Source of the DNA: a virus
IMG/VR virus record: IMGVR_UViG_3300032285_003360
Location: 37,770 to 101,769 of that record
DNA: 64,000 nt
Reading direction: 5' to 3' (one strand)
Part shown: positions 29,701-39,098 of the stretch, piece by piece
How positions within the stretch are numbered: the stretch's first letter is position 1
Layout: every line of letters begins with the position of its first letter
Translations under genes and position numbers: made by a program
Notes under the pieces: model-generated
What the model was told of the DNA's origin: nothing
The model's database searches: none
What the model saw: the letters and a program-made list of their open reading frames with translations, nothing else

Positions 29701-32487
29701 CTGTAATGATAATTGACCTGTTTGTAAATCAATTCCTAAATGTTGCGCATCACTATTATTATTGTTACCTCTTAAAACTCTAAACTTATTTTGATAATTA
29801 TCAAGCATAGCACCTGATGTGTAACCACTAATTCCTGTTCCTTGTAATATTAATTGACCACCCTCACCGTTACCACCTCCAGTTGGAGGTCCGATAATTA
29901 ATGTGTTCTCAGTTGAACCTGTTAGACCATTTATTGATAAACTTCCTGTTACATATGCATTATTTGTTATTTTTAATGAACCTGTAACTTCAGTATTTGT
30001 TAAATGTCTTATGGTTGTTCCATCATCAACGGTATTTGAATCATTTAAATGGAATCCACTAACCATTTTTGGGATTCTATTTGTTGTTAAAGGTGTTTCA
30101 TTACCAAGATTGTTTGCTGTCTCAGGACCCGTAATTAAAATTGATGATGTAATAGGTGAACCTGATTGAAATTGGTGCACGAAAATCCATTCATTATTAA
30201 TAGAATCAAATAACAATGAGCCTGAAACTTGGGGTATAGAACCTGAATCAATGATTTCAATACCACCATATCTTAATATAGGTGCATTCGCATTTAATGT
30301 TAAAATATTATCACCAATTGTTAATTGTGATGATGTGATGTATTGAATTGAAGACGAACCTGCAACTATAAAGTTTTGTGAAACATATAATGAACCAGTT
30401 ACAATTGTATTTCCCGTAATAGTTAATGCGCCACCGCTATAAACTAAATTAGCTGATGCTGTTGCGGCATTTGTTGTCCCATCTGAAAGTAATATACGAC
30501 CGCTCGCTGCTGAATTAATTGTTGAGAATCCTGTTCCACTCGTTCCTGCTGTTCCTGAGCTACCTGAACTACCAGATGTTCCACTAGTTCCTGATGAACC
30601 GCTCGAACCGCTACTACCTGATGTTCCACTCGTTCCTGAACTACCACTTGTTCCACTACTACCCGAAGAACCTGAGCTTCCGGATGAACCACTTGTTCCG
30701 GATGTTCCTGAAGAACCAGAGCTACCTGATGTTCCTGAGCTTCCTGAAGAACCACTAGAACCTGAGCTACCGCTTGTTCCCGCTGTTCCACTTGTCCCTG
30801 ATGAACCACTTGAACCAGAACTTCCTGATGTCCCTGACGAACCACTGCTACCTGAGCTACCACTTGTTCCAGATGTTCCTGAACTTCCACTTGTTCCACT
30901 ACTACCTGAAGACCCACTAGAACCTGATGTTCCCGCAGTTCCACTTGTACCAGAAGAACCCGAGCTTCCGCTTGTTCCAGATGAACCTGATGATCCACTT
31001 GAACCTGACGTGCCACTCGTTCCTGAACTACCCGATGTTCCACTTGTTCCTGATGAACCTGAGCTTCCTGAAGTTCCCGATGTGCCACTTGTTCCTGATG
31101 AACCTGAGCTTCCTGAAGTTCCGCTTGTACCAGACGAACCTGAAGTTCCCGAACTTCCTGAAGAACCGCTTGTACCAGATGTTCCTGAAGAACCACTACT
31201 ACCTGAACTTCCTGATGAACCTGAACTACCTGATGTTCCGCTTGTACCAGAGCTACCACTTGTTCCACTTGTACCAGACGTTCCTGAAGTGCCCGATGTT
31301 CCTGATGAACCTGAACTACCACTTGTTCCACTTGAACCCGAACTTCCAGATGTTCCTGAAGTTCCCGATGAACCTGAACTTCCACTCGTGCCTGATGTTC
31401 CTGATGACCCTGAACTACCTGATGTTCCGCTTGTACCAGAGCTACCACTTGTTCCAGACGTTCCTGAGGTTCCGCTTGAACCTGAAGAACCACTACTACC
31501 TGATGTGCCACTTGTTCCTGAAGAACCTGAACTACCTGATGTTCCACTCGTTCCAGAACTACCGCTTGTGCCTGAAGTTCCCGATGAACCCGAGCTACCT
31601 GATGTACCACTGGTTCCACTTGAACCAGAGCTACCACTTGTTCCACTTGTGCCAGATGAACCACTAGAACCTGAAGAACCTGAGCTACCACTTGTGCCGG
31701 AAGTTCCTGAACTACCACTTGAACCAGATGTTCCTGCGGTTCCGGACGTTCCGCTTGTAGCGGCATTATATGATGTTCCATTGATAACAACATCACCTGT
31801 TACATATAATGAACCTGTAACGTATGTGTCATCATTTATTCTTAAACCGACGCCGTCATAAACTTGTGCGTTTGCTGCGCCGTCAGAAATCTTATTTAAT
31901 TGTAAACCTGTAACTCCACTTGCAGGTATTCCATATAAACCTGCTCCACTACCTGTAAATGAACCTGATATTTGTGCCGCAAGAAATGGTTGAGATATTC
32001 CACCAAATCTTAAATAACTATTTTCCGGGTCTCTTCTAAAAACAATAGCAGTTGCACCCGTTCCTATTTGAAATTCGTTTGCGATAATTTTTTTCAAATT
32101 ACCGTCAATATCTAAAACCTCTATATCACCATCAATGGTTCTGATTATTTTAGTTGCACCAAAATGAATTGCTGAACCTGTTTCTAAAAATAAATCATTC
32201 CATTTAAATTCTGTGGAACCTAAATTATAATCACCATCTAAAGCAGGTATTAATGAACCGCTGAATGTTTGGTCATCCGCAAATACGTTACTTCCTGTTG
32301 TTGCAAATGATTCACGGTCTCTTCCACCTAATAATTTTGAATTTTGGGCTAATGAAGCGGAAATTGCATTTGAGGTAGTTCCGCTGATGGTGGCGTTAAT
32401 AACACCATCAACCGTTAAATCACCCGCAATATGACCATTTCCTTGGACTTCTAACGAACCCGATATACTGGCATCAAATATTTTCAT
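26710..32487 (-). CDS. long tail fibre with Gly-Ser/Thr-Ser triplet repeats and C-terminal peptidase S74 intramolecular chaperone
   Basis: two G-[ST]-S blocks; fibre motifs; SSLRYKKDI...GVIAEE.....PE.V......V.Y..L....IEAIKEL C-terminus. Confidence 0.9.
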   Translation of the reverse strand: MKIFDASISGSLEVQGNGHIAGDLTVDGVINATISGTTSNAISASLAQNSKLLGGRDRESFATTGSNVFADDQTFSGSLIPALDGDYNLGSTEFKWNDLFLETGSAIHFGATKIIRTIDGDIEVLDIDGNLKKIIANEFQIGTGATAIVFRRDPENSYLRFGGISQPFLAAQISGSFTGSGAGLYGIPASGVTGLQLNKISDGAANAQVYDGVGLRINDDTYVTGSLYVTGDVVINGTSYNAATSGTSGTAGTSGSSGSSGTSGTSGSSGSSGSSGSSGTSGTSGSSGSSGTSGTSGSSGSSGTSGTSGSSGTSGTSGSSGSSGTSGTSGSSGSSGSSGTSGTSGTSGSSGTSGTSGSSGSSGTSGTSGSSGSSGTSGTSGSSGSSGTSGSSGSSGTSGTSGTSGTSGTSGSSGTSGTSGSSGSSGSSGSSGSSGTSGTSGSSGSSGTSGSSGTSGTSGSSGSSGTSGTSGTSGSSGSSGTSGTSGSSGTSGTSGSSGSSGSSGTSGSSGSSGTSGTAGTSGSSGSSGSSGTSGSSGTSGTSGSSGSSGSSGTSGSSGSSGSSGTSGTAGTSGSSGSSGSSGSSGTSGSSGSSGTSGTSGSSGSSGSSGSSGTSGSSGTSGTSGSSGSSGSSGTSGTSGSSGSSGTAGTSGTGFSTINSAASGRILLSDGTTNAATASANLVYSGGALTITGNTIVTGSLYVSQNFIVAGSSSIQYITSSQLTIGDNILTLNANAPILRYGGIEIIDSGSIPQVSGSLLFDSINNEWIFVHQFQSGSPITSSILITGPETANNLGNETPLTTNRIPKMVSGFHLNDSNTVDDGTTIRHLTNTEVTGSLKITNNAYVTGSLSINGLTGSTENTLIIGPPTGGGNGEGGQLILQGTGISGYTSGAMLDNYQNKFRVLRGNNNNSDAQHLGIDLQTGQLSLQNYNSATKFTGTTIGTLGFDSNGNILTLPIVNGTSGTSGTSGSSGTSGTSGSSGSSGTSGTSGSSGSSGSSGTSGSSGSTGTSGSSGTSGTSGSSGSSGSSGTSGTSGSSGSSGTSGTSGSSGSSGSTGTSGSSGTSGTSGSSGSSGSSGSSGTSGSSGSSGTSGTSGSSGSSGSSGTSGSSGSSGTSGTSGSSGSSGSSGTSGSSGSSGSSGTSGSSGTSGTSGSSGSSGSSGSSGTSGSSGSSGTSGSSGTSGTSGSSGSSGSSGTSGSSGTSGSSGSSGSSGTSGSSGSSGSSGTSGSSGSSGSSGTSGSSGTSGSSGSSGSSGTSGSSGSSGSSGTSGSSGSSGSSGTSGSSGSSGTSGSSGSNGSSGTSGAATINNNTANYVITATGTAGLIQGNSGLTYDGSTLSVSGATSVTGKFTQGGGASRSTSGTTVSLTVSSGFTANSDMGDGNRFLSIVNNATTSNAYTALSFRINPNGGTNNAMFDLRYANGSASNNSSTLYWTFNDGGTFYDRMSLASNGNLTVGTIISGTWNGSAISNSYLANSSFYLGSTSISLGRASATLNLSGVNTDGYAAQLNGYANQTIYTILDGPANGPVIKVRYDSATANRYIDIGSKDGNGVYTEGLKLYNGSTMTWLTNVVLHAGNYNSYSPTLTGGGASGTWGISISGNAATATSATSAGSISNFTAAYSSTAMDASSPPTLDAIGYVNANVPLFGQTDGGLYVAGYSTSWYHEIFGDFRTGQLAVRGKNSGTWTSWRTVLDSSNYTSYAMQGAGYSANQNLNTTNGVTFSTLTLTAAASGGGSAGTVGLTVYGSGNYPSIELGVQGTYDGMVRTYGNDLRLYAGHWRGTATATENHVMYFHTSKNGSTNWSTAKMSLDQDGNLVVSGVITENSSLRYKKDIEIVKYGLDKVLQMRGVTYVRKEDDLKEIGVIAEEMNEIIPEVVLKNKDGEVDSVSYGRLSAVFIEAIKELKQEINEQNLIISELKSKLDI
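28579..29607 (-). repeat. G-[ST]-S triplet repeat block 2 (about 114 triplets)
   Basis: 9-nt periodic repeat encoding GSS/GTS with varied synonymous codons. Confidence 0.95.
30532..31755 (-). repeat. G-[ST]-S triplet repeat block 1 (about 136 triplets)
   Basis: 9-nt periodic repeat encoding GSS/GTS/GTA. Confidence 0.95.
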
Positions 32488-32542
32488 CTAAATAATATTA
32501 TACTTAGATAAATACTTGATTATTCGTATCTAAAACGGAAAA

Positions 32543-35275
32543 TTAGAACAATAACTTATCTATTTCGTTTATCACGTCTTGAGAGGTGATATTTTTAGAA
32601 CATTCAAACTGTCTGTCTGTATTTTTATGGTCAGGACACCAATTCCAATCACCCGCATCAAAATCGTGTCTATTCCAACAACTGTTACAAACATTTTTGT
32701 TGATAATTCTATTAACACCTATTATTGGTTCGGTATAATCATCACTAAATCCTGATATCATTATTGTAGGTGTTTCACATCCCCAAGCAACCCAACTTAA
32801 ACCACTACTAATCCCAATAAACAATTCAGATTCTTGCAATACTTTCATGATATCAATTAATGAACCATTTGGTTGTTTTGTTGCCCCTTTTGGATAGAAA
32901 TTACCCATATACCCATCCTCTTCTTTTGATAAGATTCTTACTTCATATCCTTTTGAAATTAGATAATCCGTAATATCTTGCCAACCTGTTGGGTTGTTCC
33001 AATACTTAGCTTGTGCTGTTGAATGTAAACCAATTGTCACCAACTTCTTTTTTTGAACATTGAACTTTTGTAACTTAGGTTTAAGTTCTTCATACTCTAA
33101 ACCAAGTATATCGGAACTATATTTTGTTAACGGCTCAGTTTTAGGGTCCGTTCTATGATATTCATTATTAACAACTCTTACACCATCTTCTGTTTTATAG
33201 AACATCCCTAATCTATATAAAGCGTAAAGACTGTTAACCGAAGAACCTGGTTCAACAAATTCAATTTCTTTGTATTGTTTTTTGAACAACTCATTTTGGA
33301 ATGTTGAACAAATCACTTTACAATTTCTTTGTTTTCTAAATTTCTCAACATATGGGATGAAAGCTAACGTATCCCCTAAAGACTTACTTTCGAAACAAAT
33401 CAAAACTCGTTGTTTTTCTAAATTCATTTCGTATTGAAATCTATAATTGTTGTCAATACCTCTAACATCAATTAACCAATCCACATAATATTTTATTGAA
33501 CACTTAGCCCAATGGTTTGATTTTAAATCAAGTTCATATTCCACTTTGTTGTTCGCTTTGTTTATAAATTGAACATGGTAATTAGAATCAAAGTCATTTA
33601 ATATCTCAACAAATGGCCCATCAACAAAATTGATATTAACCTTTGTTTTTGATTGGTCCTTATTCTCGTAAACAAGTTTATTTTTTCTTCTAAATTCATT
33701 TACATCTTCAGATAACAATTCATTATAGACCTCAACACCTTTGTGGTAAATTGAGACATTTTGATTTTGTTCGTAGTAACCAATTTTTTCTAAATGGTAT
33801 TGTCCTTTTTGAATTGTATAGAATTTTCGGTGATTTCCGTAATTAACCTCAACCAAGTAATCTTTGTCTGCGGGTTTATCGGTAAAACCAGATATGAAAT
33901 GAATATATAATTGATTTGAATTATCAACCGCCAAATATATTTGGAATCTACCACCGTTTCTATCTAAATGGTCTCTATTCCAAACAGCGTGAACATTAAG
34001 CTCGTTATCGTTAGCAATGTATTTGCTTGTGAAGATATTGTTCGTCACATCTTTAAGATACTTTAAAAACACTCTTTCCAATTGCCAACCATGTGGTCTG
34101 TTTGTGAAATATTCTTTTTTTGAATTTACCTTGCTGATTAACTCAAGAGCAACATCGGTTTTAACACTAAAGATAAATGTTGCACAAAATTCAGCGAAGT
34201 CTTTATTAACAGATGATTTTTCAGCGTATTCATAAATAACAGCATCGTGGCGATGACTATATTCCAAAAATGCTTGTTTATATTGCATTGGGTCTGGTAA
34301 GTTATCATATTCCAAAAAGTGAATATATTTTTTACCAAGATACTTCGCATAGTTAAACGCATTTCTCATTGTTTCCCAAATAGCGTAGTCATGATGGAAA
34401 CCCATTTTATTAATAACTTTAGCGCCACCTAAAGATGTCCATCTATCGCTCGCTACGCCATACTCTTCAAAATCTTTTTCAAGTAATATATCGTTGTTAC
34501 CATCATAGATATAATGGTCAACTAACTTTTGAATTTCGGGTTTAACGGGATAGTGCCCACATAATAAGATTGGAATATTAAAATTTCTAAGTCTTTCAAT
34601 TAAACCAAGTAAAGTGTTTTCTTTTTCGGGTGTGTCCAACCAACAATCAACAATAAAGATATCATCTTCAAATTCATTGTTTGACGATTTTTTAGGGAAG
34701 TAATGTTTCAAGAATGTGTCAACAGAAATAACATTCATAAGTTCGTTTCTATTATCACAATAGAAATTATACGTCAATTCCTCGCCGTTGTATTTGAATG
34801 GTGTGTTATTTCCTTTTCTAATAATACCCAAACCATAATCAGTATCAACGGTATTAATTTCTAAATCCGTTCTTTCGATTCTAAATTTAGCAATAGCTTT
34901 CCACACATCACCAGTCCATTCACCATCACACTCTTCTTGGCGTTGCATTACTTCACTAAATGGTAAACAGTCGTGACAAACAATTACACCATTATCAGAT
35001 AAATGATTCAATGAATTCTCAATGTCTCTTATTACTTGATAATCATGATGTAAACCATCAATAAAAATAATGTCATATTTGAAATCCTTATCTAATTGTT
35101 CAAAGAATTCATCTGATGTGATTGGGTAGTTACAATTACCTGCGGGGTCAACACCATCCTTATGCTCAACGTTGATAATGTTTAAATTATCATTAGGGTT
35201 TCTAACACCAATCTCTAAGTATGATTTAAAATTATTGTATTCAATAAATTTATTTATCGCGTCGTATCTTCTCAT
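32543..35275 (-). CDS. fusion: class I methyltransferase + GT-A-like domain + Aah/TibC-like (autotransporter) protein O-heptosyltransferase
   Basis: N-term YLEIGV/IFIDGLH/HDC; C-term SLGDTLAFIPY, K.WNNP.GW, FIG.SSGLSW, and the four-Cys iron finger CNSCWN...WCP.H....RQFEC. Confidence 0.85.
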   Translation of the reverse strand: MRRYDAINKFIEYNNFKSYLEIGVRNPNDNLNIINVEHKDGVDPAGNCNYPITSDEFFEQLDKDFKYDIIFIDGLHHDYQVIRDIENSLNHLSDNGVIVCHDCLPFSEVMQRQEECDGEWTGDVWKAIAKFRIERTDLEINTVDTDYGLGIIRKGNNTPFKYNGEELTYNFYCDNRNELMNVISVDTFLKHYFPKKSSNNEFEDDIFIVDCWLDTPEKENTLLGLIERLRNFNIPILLCGHYPVKPEIQKLVDHYIYDGNNDILLEKDFEEYGVASDRWTSLGGAKVINKMGFHHDYAIWETMRNAFNYAKYLGKKYIHFLEYDNLPDPMQYKQAFLEYSHRHDAVIYEYAEKSSVNKDFAEFCATFIFSVKTDVALELISKVNSKKEYFTNRPHGWQLERVFLKYLKDVTNNIFTSKYIANDNELNVHAVWNRDHLDRNGGRFQIYLAVDNSNQLYIHFISGFTDKPADKDYLVEVNYGNHRKFYTIQKGQYHLEKIGYYEQNQNVSIYHKGVEVYNELLSEDVNEFRRKNKLVYENKDQSKTKVNINFVDGPFVEILNDFDSNYHVQFINKANNKVEYELDLKSNHWAKCSIKYYVDWLIDVRGIDNNYRFQYEMNLEKQRVLICFESKSLGDTLAFIPYVEKFRKQRNCKVICSTFQNELFKKQYKEIEFVEPGSSVNSLYALYRLGMFYKTEDGVRVVNNEYHRTDPKTEPLTKYSSDILGLEYEELKPKLQKFNVQKKKLVTIGLHSTAQAKYWNNPTGWQDITDYLISKGYEVRILSKEEDGYMGNFYPKGATKQPNGSLIDIMKVLQESELFIGISSGLSWVAWGCETPTIMISGFSDDYTEPIIGVNRIINKNVCNSCWNRHDFDAGDWNWCPDHKNTDRQFECSKNITSQDVINEIDKLLF

Positions 35276-37986
35276 TTTGTAAAATATATCATTTGTAATT
35301 CGTCATTTCCACCCATAAACAATATGTAGGAAACAAAACCTAATCTTTGTAATCTGTTTATTAAATTTTCTCTTAATTCAACATTATGACCTAAATGTCC
35401 GTGATGATATTCCATTGCGATGTTTCTTACCTTTAAAAGATTATCATCCGATATTCCCGCAAAGGCATGTTGCTCTGCACCTTCGATATCCACTTTAAGG
35501 AAATCTATCTTATCAATCAAACCTGTTTCAAACAAATAATCTAACGTGTATGTTCTAACAGGATATTTTACACCATCACCCGCACCAAGTAAAGTGGAAC
35601 CACCTAAATGGTCGGTTTGGTATAATGTAAATTCACCAATTGTATCGGCCATTGCTGCGTTGAACAATATTGAACGTGGGTCAGCGTTTAATGATAATAA
35701 TTTGAAATATCTTCTATCAGGTTCAAACGAGATAACCTTACTTGCACCTTGACTGTAGACCCATCTATTGAAAATACCAACATTACCACCTAAGTCGACA
35801 ACAATATCACCTTCATTGATTACTCTTTCTCTATTCTTGTAATAATCCAATAGATTGAATATCTCATGGTAGATTGCTCTAAACCAACCGAACTTAGTTG
35901 CAACTTCCATTGTTCCGCCTTCGTAACCTTTGATGTCACCTAAGTTTTCTAATTTGTAAATGTCAGTATAAAAATATTCTGATTGATAGAATGAGTTGTC
36001 TCTTTTCATTTTAATAAACTCAATCATCTTATCTGATATCTCGGCGTTTTTATTACCGTGAAAATATATGATATCGGATTTATCTTTTGGAATGTATTGA
36101 TAACCAAAAATTCTATTGAAATTCTGTGGGCCATCTTCATTCCAAAACTTTAAAAATTGATGCATTGTTTTATCGATGAAACCTTCATCACCATCATAAG
36201 AAGATGTGTCAAAGTTTGATAATGGTAAGTGATTAGTAAAACCATGGTTCCATCTAATCGCATTATCTATACCTTCATCATTCCATAAGAAATATCGTTT
36301 ATAGTCTTCAGGACTACCTTGCATCATTGTGTCATAATATCCCAATATACCATCAAAAAAACCTCTTGAACCTTGATTGTAAATGTAGAAACAGATGTGC
36401 ATGTATGGTTGTTGTTTTTCAACTCCCCATCTTTTAGCTAATTCTTCATTAAATAATTGTGAACCACCTTCATATGTTCCAAAGAATTCTTCTTGAACGT
36501 GAATATCCGATAATGGGTAACGACCAACTTGTTTGAAATATTTTGTAACAGTATCAATATTGTAATTAACGACTACATCTCCGTCAACCCAAATGTAATA
36601 ATCAAAATCTTCGTTTAATGATTCTAAACAAGCCCATTGTTTCCAATACCATTTATCGTGTTCAGAAATCTTTGGTGGGTTAATAGTTCTTTTAATAACA
36701 TTAGGATAATCAAATGGAACTTCACAATCAACACCGTAAACAATAACTTTTTGACTACTGAATTCCAATAAAGATTGAACCATTTTTTCAATCACAGGCA
36801 TGTATTGTAAGTTACCGGTAGTAACAAATGCATATGATGGAAATATCTTATTCAACTTCTTACTTGCAAGCTCGGCCACATGTTCCCAATTAAAATCTTC
36901 ATGTATTTGTTTAGCCTCGGCTCTTGATTTGATGAGTATTGCTGTGTGATAATCATAAGCTTGACGCATTTGTGTTTTCAAATCATCCCAATTAGGTTCA
37001 CAATAATCACCTGGCCAATCTTTATGTTCAACATTCGCGGGTCTTAATTCTGATATACCTACAGGGATACCTTTACCACTAGCAAATTCAAGTTGTCCAC
37101 CCCAATTAGAATATATTGATGGTGTTCCACAAGCCATAGCTTCAATCAATGGTAAGTTCCATCCTTCGCTACGAGCACAAGAAACAAATACATCACCTTC
37201 TTGTAGATATTTGACGTATTCATCTCTTGTTGGGAATTTAATGAAATTAATTTTGGTATCATCAATTCCGTGGAATTCAATTCGTTCTTTTGTTGACTTT
37301 AAACCGTCATTTGGATATGGATTTTCAACTGATGCGATTAATTCCACATCATCAATATCTTTAAATGTTTCGGAAAAGGCTCTTAATATTTCTGTGGTTC
37401 CCTTTCTATAATCCCATCTACCAAAATGTAAAAATCTAAACTTATCTTTTTTTGAGAATTTCTCAATAGGTTTAAACGTCTCAACGTCAACACCTTCAGG
37501 AATGATTGTTATTTTGTGTTCAGGATAACCCTGCGCAACTAAACAATCATATTGCCATTGGGTTGGCACCCACATTTCATCAAATGTTAATAATCTATTA
37601 AAGAAATGTTCAGGGAATAATGTTGATTCCCAAACACAATAAGCAATTTTATAACCATCGTAATTGTCATAATAATAGAAGTTATCCATCTCCATTAAAA
37701 CAATGTGAACGTCAGGTTTAAAGCTACCATCATATCCGTAAATCGGATAGTCAGTTCTACTACCATCAGCATTGAATAGAGTTTGTTGAATCAACATATC
37801 CTTCATCTCATCGGTAATGTAAGGTTCGCCGTCATGTGGTGTTGGGTTATAACCTTTCCAACTATCACCAATAGTGAAGTTTCTTACTTTAACAGTGTGT
37901 AATTTGTTTAATGCACAAAAAAATGATTTACTATGGTTTGCGTAACCGGTAGTTCCAATAAAGGGTGCGTGAGCTAAGATTTTCAT
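35272..37986 (-). CDS. fusion: GT4 glycosyltransferase + GT-A-like domain + FkbM methyltransferase
   Basis: TGYANH, GRWDYRKG, SEGWNLPLIEAMACG; WVDGD; VVDLGGNVG.F, FEP, LKVDIEGAE. Confidence 0.85.
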   Translation of the reverse strand: MKILAHAPFIGTTGYANHSKSFFCALNKLHTVKVRNFTIGDSWKGYNPTPHDGEPYITDEMKDMLIQQTLFNADGSRTDYPIYGYDGSFKPDVHIVLMEMDNFYYYDNYDGYKIAYCVWESTLFPEHFFNRLLTFDEMWVPTQWQYDCLVAQGYPEHKITIIPEGVDVETFKPIEKFSKKDKFRFLHFGRWDYRKGTTEILRAFSETFKDIDDVELIASVENPYPNDGLKSTKERIEFHGIDDTKINFIKFPTRDEYVKYLQEGDVFVSCARSEGWNLPLIEAMACGTPSIYSNWGGQLEFASGKGIPVGISELRPANVEHKDWPGDYCEPNWDDLKTQMRQAYDYHTAILIKSRAEAKQIHEDFNWEHVAELASKKLNKIFPSYAFVTTGNLQYMPVIEKMVQSLLEFSSQKVIVYGVDCEVPFDYPNVIKRTINPPKISEHDKWYWKQWACLESLNEDFDYYIWVDGDVVVNYNIDTVTKYFKQVGRYPLSDIHVQEEFFGTYEGGSQLFNEELAKRWGVEKQQPYMHICFYIYNQGSRGFFDGILGYYDTMMQGSPEDYKRYFLWNDEGIDNAIRWNHGFTNHLPLSNFDTSSYDGDEGFIDKTMHQFLKFWNEDGPQNFNRIFGYQYIPKDKSDIIYFHGNKNAEISDKMIEFIKMKRDNSFYQSEYFYTDIYKLENLGDIKGYEGGTMEVATKFGWFRAIYHEIFNLLDYYKNRERVINEGDIVVDLGGNVGIFNRWVYSQGASKVISFEPDRRYFKLLSLNADPRSILFNAAMADTIGEFTLYQTDHLGGSTLLGAGDGVKYPVRTYTLDYLFETGLIDKIDFLKVDIEGAEQHAFAGISDDNLLKVRNIAMEYHHGHLGHNVELRENLINRLQRLGFVSYILFMGGNDELQMIYFTK

Positions 37987-37990
37987 TGAT

Positions 37991-38021
37991 ATAATATAAC
38001 AAAAATCAATGAATTTTCAAA
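37991..38021 (-). promoter_or_regulatory. Bacteroidota-type promoter TTTG-N19-TATATTAT (leaderless)
   Basis: caaa 38018-38021 and ataatata 37991-37998; ATG at 37986. Confidence 0.6.
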
Positions 38022-39098
38022 TTAAATGATGGTTTTATTTTTATCTAAAAATTCGTGCATATTATGGAATACCATCTTCTCACCTCTAATTTTATTTAGA
38101 CTAATTAAAAATTGTGTGTGCTCAGGGTGAGATGTGTCCCATACCTTTCTAATCAAATATTCACTTTCACTAAAGCTACCCCAGTTCGCAATCTTACTGA
38201 AAAATATAACACCTCGTTTACCAAAAATATCTCTTATTAAATTAACAAACTCACTCATTTCAAAGTAGTTACCCGATTGAACGACAAATGATGTTCGTAT
38301 AAATCTTAATGTGGGTATTGTTTTAATAAAGTTTAAATTGTTAATCAGGTTTTCCCAATTACCACCAAGCCTTGTAACATTTTCATATGTTTCTTTTGAT
38401 GCCGCATCTATACTGATTTCACAACTTTTAACATAAGGATGTATATTGGACATGCTATCCCACATCTCTTTATTCCACATACTTGCGTTTGTGTGTAGAT
38501 GTATCTTTTTTAACTTGGGGTATTTGTTTGAATCAAATGTTCTTAAGAAATTTCTAAATGAAACGGAAACGAATGGGTCGCCACTACCAGTAATGTAAAG
38601 CGCGGTAATATCCTTTGCATAAGCATCTTCTATTTCACTAATTGTTGATTTAATTTTTTTAATCTCATCGCCACTTGCTGTTATAACATCAATTCTACAT
38701 GATGGACATTTGTAATTACATGTCGCATCAAAAGCGAATTGGACAACACTTGGTCCAACCGTCATTTCACCAGTTTCATAATCATAGTCCTCAATTAATT
38801 CATGAAAATCTTCTTTTAATACCAACGGACCTTTCCTATCGTTTAAATCACCATCTAATAAAGCCGATAGATACGGACAATAGTTTTTGTCACAATATTT
38901 GTAACTACCATCTAATACCGACTTTCTTATTTCTTTGGATTCGGTTGAATTCCAAATTTGTTCAATTGAATGGTCTTCGTGTTTAATTACTTTTGGCATC
39001 CACGTGGGACAACACATATATGAAGATGTTTTGTGTATTTCAATGGTTTTAAATGGTGTCAAACAAACATAATCATTTAAATTAACATCATTTCTCAT
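38022..39098 (-). CDS. radical SAM enzyme with N-terminal SPASM/twitch domain
   Basis: C..PF...CCP.W...C...CP; CNYKCPSC; GSGDPF, LHTN, EISIDA. Confidence 0.9.
   Translation of the reverse strand: MRNDVNLNDYVCLTPFKTIEIHKTSSYMCCPTWMPKVIKHEDHSIEQIWNSTESKEIRKSVLDGSYKYCDKNYCPYLSALLDGDLNDRKGPLVLKEDFHELIEDYDYETGEMTVGPSVVQFAFDATCNYKCPSCRIDVITASGDEIKKIKSTISEIEDAYAKDITALYITGSGDPFVSVSFRNFLRTFDSNKYPKLKKIHLHTNASMWNKEMWDSMSNIHPYVKSCEISIDAASKETYENVTRLGGNWENLINNLNFIKTIPTLRFIRTSFVVQSGNYFEMSEFVNLIRDIFGKRGVIFFSKIANWGSFSESEYLIRKVWDTSHPEHTQFLISLNKIRGEKMVFHNMHEFLDKNKTII

Noticed and set aside
28579-31755. Possible CRISPR array or DGR-type repeat
   Set aside because: Periodicity is 9 nt and coding. There is no constant repeat with unique spacers, and no reverse transcriptase or adenine-specific TR/VR pair was seen.
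28542-31796. - strand Gln/Val-rich ORFs 28542-29591 and 30444-31796
   Set aside because: Alternative-frame readings of the fibre repeat, with no independent start context or domain.
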